A program made the position numbers and the translations under genes. The notes beneath the pieces were generated by a model. The model made no database searches, had not been told where the DNA came from, and was given only the letters and a program-made list of their open reading frames with translations. From a bacterium (GTDB lineage Bacteria; Patescibacteriota; Minisyncoccia; Phycocordibacterales; Phycocordibacteraceae): a DNA stretch of 34,262 bases. The stretch covers positions 1 through 34,262 of the forward strand of contig JAJXVZ010000001.1 of the NCBI GenBank assembly GCA_021781865.1, given 5' to 3'. Shown piece after piece: positions 26,734 to 34,262 of this stretch; position 1 is the stretch's first letter; every line of letters begins with the position of its first letter.

Positions 26734-27954
26734 ATGGACGCAATCTCATTTGTGATAGACAGGCATGTATCGCGAAATGGCGCACGTGCGGGCAGTATCA
26801 CCACGCCGCATGGCATCATTCATACGCCAGCTTTTATACCAGTTGGTACAAGGGCGAATGTAAAAGGCATACTACCGAGCGCACTTACAGCACTTGGTGC
26901 TGAAGCCGTATTGGCAAATACCTATCATCTATATCTGCAGCCAGGCGAGAGAATCATTCAGGATGCTGGCGGTCTTGGAAAGTTCATGGCATGGCCTGGA
27001 CCAACCATAACTGATTCAGGCGGTTTTCAAGTTTTCTCTCTCGGTGCGGCTTTTGGGAAGAAAATTTCAAAATTTGTAAAAGCGAACACACCCGGTGAAA
27101 AAGGTGTTGCGGTATATGACGAGGACGTTGCGAGTCAGCATGGGCAGCTCGCAATTATCGACAATGAGGGTGTCTCATTCACCTCACATCTCGATGGCTC
27201 GTTACATCGTTTTACTCCAGAGCGTTCAGTTGAAATTCAGCACACACTTGGCGCGGATATCTTTTTTGCTTTTGACGAATGTACTTCACCGGATGAATCA
27301 TACGATTATCAACGTGAGGCGATGGAACGTACGCACCGTTGGGCAGATCGTTCGCTTAGGGCACATCGACAAAACCTTAATGCGAACAAAAAACAAGCGA
27401 TCTTTGGTATTGTGCAGGGTGGCCGGTACGAGGATCTGCGTCGAGAATCCGCACGCATAATTGCCGCTCTTGGCTTTGATGGAATCGGCATCGGGGGCTC
27501 GTTCTCAAAAAAGGATATGGGGAGTACGCTTGCGGCGGCGGTTGACGAACTTCCCGAGGAACTACCGCGGCATTTTCTCGGCATCGGTGAACCAGGGGAC
27601 ATTCTCGAGGGTATTGCGAATGGCATGGATTTATTCGATTGCGTTGCAGCAACACGGATTGGTCGTCACGGCTCAATCTACACGAAAAAGGGCATCATTC
27701 ACTTAAAAAACGGGAAGTATCGTGATGATTTTTCTTTGCTTGATCCAGAAACCGTCATTTCAGGCACTGAGCAGTTCACCCGTGCCTACGTATCGCATCT
27801 CGTCCGTGCAGGTGAAATGCTTGGCTCCGTCCTTGCTTCTATGCACAATGTCGGTTTCGTCCTCAATCTTGTCGCCGGTGCACGTATAGCCATTCTTGAT
27901 GGTCGATTCGAAGAATATCGCTCGAATTTCACACGTAAATATTACGGCAGATAA
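26734..27954 (+). CDS. tgt: tRNA-guanine transglycosylase
   Basis: TPAFIPVGT, LANTYHL, TDSGGFQVFSL, FDEC, GIVQGG, PRHFLGIG, DLFDCV. Confidence 0.96.
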   Translation: MDAISFVIDRHVSRNGARAGSITTPHGIIHTPAFIPVGTRANVKGILPSALTALGAEAVLANTYHLYLQPGERIIQDAGGLGKFMAWPGPTITDSGGFQVFSLGAAFGKKISKFVKANTPGEKGVAVYDEDVASQHGQLAIIDNEGVSFTSHLDGSLHRFTPERSVEIQHTLGADIFFAFDECTSPDESYDYQREAMERTHRWADRSLRAHRQNLNANKKQAIFGIVQGGRYEDLRRESARIIAALGFDGIGIGGSFSKKDMGSTLAAAVDELPEELPRHFLGIGEPGDILEGIANGMDLFDCVAATRIGRHGSIYTKKGIIHLKNGKYRDDFSLLDPETVISGTEQFTRAYVSHLVRAGEMLGSVLASMHNVGFVLNLVAGARIAILDGRFEEYRSNFTRKYYGR

Positions 27955-28015
27955 ATAAAAGACGTTCGAGTTTCTCCTTAGCAATTTACTTGTTTGTCTT
28001 ATACACTGCTTCTTT

Positions 28016-30067
28016 ATGGCAAACAACTTCAACTTGCACGCCCCGTTTCCACCAGCTGGAGATCAACCGCAGGCGATCGAAAAGCTCAAAGAAGGGCTTA
28101 GTCAGGGCATGCAACATCAGACCTTATTTGGTGTCACGGGAAGCGGGAAAACATTCACGGTCGCAAATGTTATTGCCGCAAATGATAAACCGACGCTCGT
28201 TCTTGCACATAACAAGACGCTTGCAGCACAGCTTGCACAAGAGTATCGAGAATTTTTCCCCGAAAACGCAGTACATTACTTTGTTTCATATTATGACTAC
28301 TACCAGCCAGAAGCGTATATCGCACACTCGGATACCTATATAGAAAAGGAAGCGATGATCAACGCGGAAATAGACCGTCTGCGTCATGCGGCAACACAAG
28401 CGCTTCTCACGCGTACTGACGTTATCATTGTCGCCTCAGTTTCCGCCATTTACGGTCTCGGTTCACCCAAGGAATATGAAAAGATGCATGTAAAGATCGT
28501 AGAAGGTTGTGTTGAAGATCGTGCAGGGCTTATACGCAAACTCATTGGAATCTACTTTGAGCGAACGAATGCTGATTTGAATCCAGGGCAATTGCGCGCC
28601 ATTGGTAATTCCCTTGAGTTTATGCCGGTTAATGAACGCGTCATATATCGGGTGACATTCGATGGTGTTACGATCGCTCATATCGATCAGCTCGATCCAG
28701 TCTCGCGTGCGAAGATTGCGGAACCAAAATCAATTTTTGTCTTCCCAGCAAAACACTTCGTTACAAATGAGGATGAGCGCAATCGCGCCGTCGAAAACAT
28801 CAAGCTTGAACTTGATGAACAGCTGGCAAAATTCAAACGTGAAGAAAAACCGCTCGAGGCAGAACGGCTAAAACGGCGGACTCTTCATGACCTTGCACTC
28901 ATCCGTGAGCTTGGCTACACGAGCGGTATTGAAAATTACTCACGTCACTTTGATGGTAGGTCACCTGGACAACCACCATACACGCTCCTTTCATATTTTC
29001 CACATACGAAAGATGGTTCGGCCGATTTTTTTACGGTTATTGATGAGTCGCACGTAACTGTTCCGCAGATAGGCGGCATGTACGCAGGTGACAAATCACG
29101 TAAGGACACACTTATTGAATACGGCTTTCGTCTTCCTTCGGCGCGTGACAACCGCCCGCTCCGATTTGAAGAATTTGAGGAACGTGTTGGTCAAGTTTTA
29201 TACACGAGCGCGACACCGGGACCTTACGAACGTGAGCATTCCGAACAGATTGTCGAACAAATTATACGACCGACCGGTCTCATTGACCCCGAGCTCACAG
29301 TACGTGCGGTAGGTGAGGCAGGAGGCTACAAAGGGCAAGTTGCCGATTTTATTAATGAAGCGGAGATAGTTATAAAACGCGGTGGCCGTGCGCTTGCGAC
29401 AACTCTTACCAAACAAATGGCTGAAGATCTTTCTGCGTTTCTGCGCGAGCGTGGTGTGAAAGCCGAATACCTTCACTCGGACGTGAAGACGATTGATCGC
29501 ATTGATATTCTAACCAATTTTCGTAAGGGTATATTCGATATTCTTGTCGGAGTCAACCTATTGCGCGAGGGTCTTGATCTCCCTGAGGTTGAGCTTGTGG
29601 GTATTTTAGACGCCGATAAGGAAGGTTTTTTACGTAGTGAAACCTCACTCATCCAGACCATCGGCCGTGCGGCGCGCAATGTTCTTGGTCGTGTCATTCT
29701 CTACGCCGATATCATGACGGGTTCGCTCGAACGCGCCATTGGCGAGACAAATCGCCGCCGCGAACTGCAACTTAGTTATAATAAGAAACATGGGATCACA
29801 CCGACCACTATCAAGAAGGAAATTCATGATATCGCGGACTCGATGCGCACGGAACACCAACATACCATCGACGAACTCCTCGCGCTTGACATGCTTGCGT
29901 ATGCGGACGATCCGGCCGAGTTCATAAAGCGAAAAAGAAAAGAGATGGCCGAAGCAGTGGAGCAACTTGATTTCGAGACGGCTGCGCTTATTAGAGATGA
30001 ACTTTATAAACTTGAGGGCACGGGGCCTAAAAGTAAGAAGCATCGCAAACGCAAGCTTTTCAGTTAA
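28016..30067 (+). CDS. uvrB: Excinuclease ABC subunit B
   Basis: PAGDQPQAI, GVTGSGKT, FVSYYDYYQPEAY, DESH, QTIGRAAR, C-terminal UVR domain. Confidence 0.98.
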   Translation: MANNFNLHAPFPPAGDQPQAIEKLKEGLSQGMQHQTLFGVTGSGKTFTVANVIAANDKPTLVLAHNKTLAAQLAQEYREFFPENAVHYFVSYYDYYQPEAYIAHSDTYIEKEAMINAEIDRLRHAATQALLTRTDVIIVASVSAIYGLGSPKEYEKMHVKIVEGCVEDRAGLIRKLIGIYFERTNADLNPGQLRAIGNSLEFMPVNERVIYRVTFDGVTIAHIDQLDPVSRAKIAEPKSIFVFPAKHFVTNEDERNRAVENIKLELDEQLAKFKREEKPLEAERLKRRTLHDLALIRELGYTSGIENYSRHFDGRSPGQPPYTLLSYFPHTKDGSADFFTVIDESHVTVPQIGGMYAGDKSRKDTLIEYGFRLPSARDNRPLRFEEFEERVGQVLYTSATPGPYEREHSEQIVEQIIRPTGLIDPELTVRAVGEAGGYKGQVADFINEAEIVIKRGGRALATTLTKQMAEDLSAFLRERGVKAEYLHSDVKTIDRIDILTNFRKGIFDILVGVNLLREGLDLPEVELVGILDADKEGFLRSETSLIQTIGRAARNVLGRVILYADIMTGSLERAIGETNRRRELQLSYNKKHGITPTTIKKEIHDIADSMRTEHQHTIDELLALDMLAYADDPAEFIKRKRKEMAEAVEQLDFETAALIRDELYKLEGTGPKSKKHRKRKLFS

Positions 30068-30168
30068 CCGTTCCGTAAGTTGTTTGCAATAATATTTTCA
30101 ACAAGAAAAAATGAAATTGTATGCTACAATACACAGTGTACCTGTCCCTCCACGGGCAGGAGTTTTGT

Positions 30169-32811
30169 ATGGCGAAACACACGAAAAAAGAAGAACATGA
30201 ACACAGGCACGGGAGCGACTGGCTCGCGGTGAAAGGTGCGCGCACGCATAACTTGAAAAACATTTCGATTAAGATGCCACGTGGCGCGATGACGGTCATC
30301 ACCGGTCTCTCTGGGAGCGGTAAGTCTTCGCTTGCTTTCGACACCATCTTCGCCGAGGGCCAGCGGCGCTACGTCGAATCGCTTTCCGCGTATGCGCGAC
30401 AGTTTCTCAACCAAATGGCGAAGCCGGATATTGATGAGATATCCGGACTCTCACCGGCTATCTCTATAGACCAGAAAAGTCGTTCGAATAACCCGCGCTC
30501 GACGGTGGCAACAGTTACTGAAATTTATGATTACCTGCGTGTCCTTTATGCGCGTGCGGGACAACCTTACTGCATTCATCACGACGTGCCCATCGTACGA
30601 CTTTCAAAGGAAGAGATGATCAAAATGGTGCTTTCGCGTGTAGACGCGAAACGTGTTGATATGAATACGAATATTATGGGAGTTGCGGTGGACAAGAGCG
30701 CGGTAACCATTTTGAGCCCCGTTGTTGTTGGTAGGAAAGGCGAATACTATCAATTACTCTACGACCTTCTCAACAAGGGATATGAAAGGGTAATTATCGA
30801 TGGGAAACCGAAGTCGCTTCGTGAGAAAATAGAACTTGATCGAAATAAGCATCACAGCATCGACGCGGTCGTTGATCGTATATTTGCTTCAGAGTTTACA
30901 CGAACGATCGATGGTGCACGTGAGCGGCTCTCAGAAGCACTCGAACTCGCACTTAAAGAATCTGATGGTCTCGTGAAAATCCAGCATGCTGACGGGACAT
31001 CAGAAACCCTTTCATCGAAGTTTATTTGTCCAAATGATGGTGCATCTTTCCCCGAAGTAGAACCACGTCTTTTTTCTTTCAATTCGCCATATGGCGCGTG
31101 CCCTGCTTGTCATGGTCTCGGAACAGAGTCTCTTTTTTCTGATAACCAATGTCTCGTATGCGAGGGGAAACGACTTCGTCCAGAAGCGCTGCGCGTATAT
31201 TTGAAAGGAAAAATGGATAAAACATTGGGGAAAAACATCGTCGATTTTACCGGATTATCGATTAGAGAAGCAAAAGAGTTTATCGATACAATTGAACTTT
31301 CGGCTATACGGAAAGACATCGCCGCGCCTATTTTGAGGGAAATCGAGAATCGTCTTACCTTCATGCTAAACGTTGGCCTTGACTATCTTACATTGAATCG
31401 TTCAGCAGCAACACTTTCTGGTGGCGAAAGTCAACGTATTCGATTAGCTTCCCAACTTGGCAGTGGTCTCACAGGCGCGCTTTATGTACTCGACGAGCCA
31501 ACCATTGGTTTGCATCAACGCGACAATGATCGTCTCATTAAAACACTTCTGACTTTAAAAGAGCTCGGAAACACAATCCTCATCGTCGAACATGATGAGG
31601 AGACTATTTTCTCCTCCGATTACATCGTAGATATAGGTCCTGGTGCGGGGAAACATGGCGGCACGGTTGTTGCTTCTGGTTGGCTTGATGACCTATTGAT
31701 CGCTGGAAAAAATGAAAGCGGCTCGTCAACACTCGCATACTTACGTGGGGAACGGGAGATTCCTTTGCCAAAAACGCGTCGCACGGGCGAAAAGGGTTCA
31801 CTGAAAGTGCGCGGCGCAACATTGCACAATATAAAAAATCAAAACATTGATGTCCCACTCGGGAAACTCGTTTGCATTACAGGTGTTTCTGGAAGCGGTA
31901 AGTCGACGTTTCTCTATGATATTTTGCATCGTAATATCGCGGCCCGCTTTGCTCGTCGTGAGGCAAAACTTGAGCACGTGGCGTCTCTGACGGGTACTGA
32001 ATATATTAGTCGCGCAGTGCTCATTGATCAGTCACCGATTGGACGCACCCCACGCTCCAACCCCGCGACTTATACCGGTGCTTTCACTCACATACGCGAT
32101 CTCTTCGCCTCTACCGCTGAGGCGCGCGCACGCGGATGGCGACCCGGCCGCTTCTCTTTTAATGTTCCGGGTGGACGCTGCGAGGCTTGTCAGGGAAACG
32201 GTTCTATTGCCGTAGAGATGCACTTCTTACCAACGGTATATGTAACTTGTGATGTATGTGAAGGGAAGCGTTTCATGAGAGAAACACTTGAAATCACTTA
32301 CCGTGGTAAAAACATTCACGAAGTGCTCGGCATGACCATCGAGGAGGCGGAAAAGTTTTTCGGAGATATTCCTGCGATTGCCGAACGTCTTGCGAGTCTC
32401 AATGCGACCGGGCTTGAATATCTTACGCTCGGACAGAGCGCGACGACTCTCTCGGGCGGGGAAGCACAGCGTGTAAAGATTGCGAGTGAACTTCATCGTC
32501 CAATCACAATGAAAACCATCTATCTTCTCGACGAACCGACGGTCGGTCTACACTATGAGGATGTACGGAAGCTCATTGAAATTCTTCAGGAACTTGTGCG
32601 ACGTGGTAACACGGTCGTCGTCATTGAACATAACCTCGACGTCATTAAGAGTGCTGATTACCTTATAGACTTCGGGCCTGAGGGTGGACAGGACGGTGGC
32701 ACCGTTATTGCGAAAGGTACACCCGAAGAAGTAGCTGAAATTTCCGGTTCGCATACAGGTGTCTACTTAGCAAAGGTTCTAAAACGTCATGCAGCTAAAC
32801 GAACTCATTAA
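30169..32811 (+). CDS. uvrA: Excinuclease ABC subunit A (short form)
   Basis: GARTHNLKN, GLSGSGKS, LSGGE twice, GVSGSGKS, LDEPT twice; SD AGGAG before ATG 30169. Confidence 0.97.
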   Translation: MAKHTKKEEHEHRHGSDWLAVKGARTHNLKNISIKMPRGAMTVITGLSGSGKSSLAFDTIFAEGQRRYVESLSAYARQFLNQMAKPDIDEISGLSPAISIDQKSRSNNPRSTVATVTEIYDYLRVLYARAGQPYCIHHDVPIVRLSKEEMIKMVLSRVDAKRVDMNTNIMGVAVDKSAVTILSPVVVGRKGEYYQLLYDLLNKGYERVIIDGKPKSLREKIELDRNKHHSIDAVVDRIFASEFTRTIDGARERLSEALELALKESDGLVKIQHADGTSETLSSKFICPNDGASFPEVEPRLFSFNSPYGACPACHGLGTESLFSDNQCLVCEGKRLRPEALRVYLKGKMDKTLGKNIVDFTGLSIREAKEFIDTIELSAIRKDIAAPILREIENRLTFMLNVGLDYLTLNRSAATLSGGESQRIRLASQLGSGLTGALYVLDEPTIGLHQRDNDRLIKTLLTLKELGNTILIVEHDEETIFSSDYIVDIGPGAGKHGGTVVASGWLDDLLIAGKNESGSSTLAYLRGEREIPLPKTRRTGEKGSLKVRGATLHNIKNQNIDVPLGKLVCITGVSGSGKSTFLYDILHRNIAARFARREAKLEHVASLTGTEYISRAVLIDQSPIGRTPRSNPATYTGAFTHIRDLFASTAEARARGWRPGRFSFNVPGGRCEACQGNGSIAVEMHFLPTVYVTCDVCEGKRFMRETLEITYRGKNIHEVLGMTIEEAEKFFGDIPAIAERLASLNATGLEYLTLGQSATTLSGGEAQRVKIASELHRPITMKTIYLLDEPTVGLHYEDVRKLIEILQELVRRGNTVVVIEHNLDVIKSADYLIDFGPEGGQDGGTVIAKGTPEEVAEISGSHTGVYLAKVLKRHAAKRTH

Positions 32812-34027
32812 ATTCAACCTACCGGATATTCCAGGGGTTTATCTATTTAAACGAGGGCGAAAAGTTTTATATGTAGGTAAGGCGACATCGCTTCGCGATC
32901 GTGTTCGTTCGTACTTTGATGATGACCTTATCGCAATGCGTGGGCCTCGCATTGTTGATATGGTAACGAAGTCCGACCGACTTACTTACGAAACAACCCC
33001 GACAGTGCTTGAGGCTTTGGTACGTGAAGCGGCGCTTATTAAGCGATATCACCCACCTGCAAATGTGGAAGGGAAAGACGATTCAACGTTTCTTTACGCA
33101 TGTATCACGCAAGAGGAGATCCCACGTGTGCTTATACTACGAGGGAAAGAAATCGACTTTAAGGCGAAACGCACGTTCAATGGGCAAAAACTGAAAGCGT
33201 TGTATGGACCATTTCCTTCTCTCACACAATTACGCGAAGGATTGCGTATTATTCGACGCATCTTCCCATTTTTTGACACAGCAAAGCCAGTTATCGCAAA
33301 CGATAAACACCATTTGGCAAAGATGGAATTTAACAGACAAATTGGGCAGTATCCACATACTTTTAATGCAAAAGAATATCGACATTCAATGCGTCAAGTT
33401 GCGCTTCTTCTTTCTGGTCGTGGGAGGGAATTGCGGACGAGGCTTGAAAGGGAAATGCGAATAGCAGTAAAGAAAGAGCGTTTTGAAGAAGCGGCTGAGG
33501 CACGTAAGGCGCTCTTCGCACTCAATCATGTGCAGGATGTTTCTCTCATTAGAGGTGAAGGGCTCGTGGAACCAGTGGAAAATTCCGTACGCATAGAGGC
33601 CTACGACACCGCGCATCTTTCTGGCACGAGCGCCATTGGTGTCATGATAGTTATTGAAAATGATACATCAATTAAGAAGGATTACCGGATATTTCATATA
33701 CGTGGCGTTCAGAAGAACAATGACATCGCGTCGTTGAGGGAGATTCTCTTACGACGTCTCGGGCATTCGGAATGGCCTTTACCAAAAGTAATAGTTGTGG
33801 ATGGCGGGGTAGCTCAGAAGAGAACCGCAGAGACGGTACTTGCCGAGGCCGGCGTCGTCATTCCTGTTGTTGCGGTCGTGAAAGACGAACGACATCATCC
33901 CCGTGAGATTATCGGTGCACGTCGTGCCGGTATTACCGAGGCAAATGCCGTATTCGCTAATAGCGAAGCGCACCGTTTTTCTCTTGCACGACACCGTCAT
34001 GCGCGGAATAAATTATATAAGGCCTGA
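32789..34027 (+). CDS. uvrC: Excinuclease ABC subunit C (short form)
   Basis: GIY-YIG PGVY..LYVGKA..RVRSYF, UVR ERFEEAA, RNase H-like RIEAYD...VDGG; follows uvrBA. Confidence 0.88.
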   Translation: MQLNELIKFNLPDIPGVYLFKRGRKVLYVGKATSLRDRVRSYFDDDLIAMRGPRIVDMVTKSDRLTYETTPTVLEALVREAALIKRYHPPANVEGKDDSTFLYACITQEEIPRVLILRGKEIDFKAKRTFNGQKLKALYGPFPSLTQLREGLRIIRRIFPFFDTAKPVIANDKHHLAKMEFNRQIGQYPHTFNAKEYRHSMRQVALLLSGRGRELRTRLEREMRIAVKKERFEEAAEARKALFALNHVQDVSLIRGEGLVEPVENSVRIEAYDTAHLSGTSAIGVMIVIENDTSIKKDYRIFHIRGVQKNNDIASLREILLRRLGHSEWPLPKVIVVDGGVAQKRTAETVLAEAGVVIPVVAVVKDERHHPREIIGARRAGITEANAVFANSEAHRFSLARHRHARNKLYKA

Positions 34028-34039
34028 TATACTTTGCTC

Positions 34040-34262
34040 ATGCAAACTATTGTCGGGGTGTTGCGAGGTGGGCCTTCGCGTGAACATGAAGTTTCGCTAA
34101 AGTCGGGCGCCGCCATTCTCGCGAATCTTCCAGAAAGTCATTTCGCCGCGCACGATATCTATATCGATAAAAGCGGACAATGGCACGAACGTGGTCGTCC
34201 GACCACGCCCGACCGCACCCTGCGACAACTCGACGCAGTTCTCATCGGTTTGCATGGCGAAT
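34040..34262 (+). CDS. ddl: D-alanine--D-alanine ligase (3' truncated by window edge)
   Basis: My translation: MQTIVGVLRGGPSREHEVSLKSG...VLIGLHGE. Confidence 0.9.
   Translation, partial: MQTIVGVLRGGPSREHEVSLKSGAAILANLPESHFAAHDIYIDKSGQWHERGRPTTPDRTLRQLDAVLIGLHGE

Noticed and set aside
27955..30168. LexA/SOS box upstream of uvrB or uvrA
   Set aside because: No convincing CTGT-N8-ACAG or GAAC-N4-GTTC site seen in either upstream gap.
1..34262. UGA recoding (code 25) as in Gracilibacteria/Absconditabacteria
   Set aside because: Conserved genes are uninterrupted under code 11, and TGA ends intact genes such as pyk and uvrC.

Overview
Bacterial chromosomal window in genetic code 11. Gene content (TrbC/VirB2-like pilin array, orphan solute-binding protein, VirD4/HerA-like ATPase, DUF5663-like protein, shortened UvrA/UvrC, SD-poor starts) points to Patescibacteria/CPR, probably Parcubacteria; this assignment is inference. 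Housekeeping backbone: partial cysteine-synthase-family gene, MBL-fold protein, gyrA, pyk, dsbA-like, dedA, FKBP PPIase, tgt, uvrB-uvrA-uvrC, partial ddl, and divergent tRNA-Leu/tRNA-Lys. Three unusual layers sit on top. (1) A coupled methyltransferase / solute-binding protein / six-pilin cluster. (2) Self-contained accessory units with their own promoter, strong Shine-Dalgarno and terminator, mostly encoding envelope proteins, including two tandem outer-membrane-type beta-barrels and a lipoprotein in a lineage thought to lack an outer membrane. (3) Heavily decayed IS fossils (IS1595, IS30, IS200, possibly IS256) in the long intergenic gaps, not recognisable from the ORF track. All calls come from motif recognition by eye; no searches were run.
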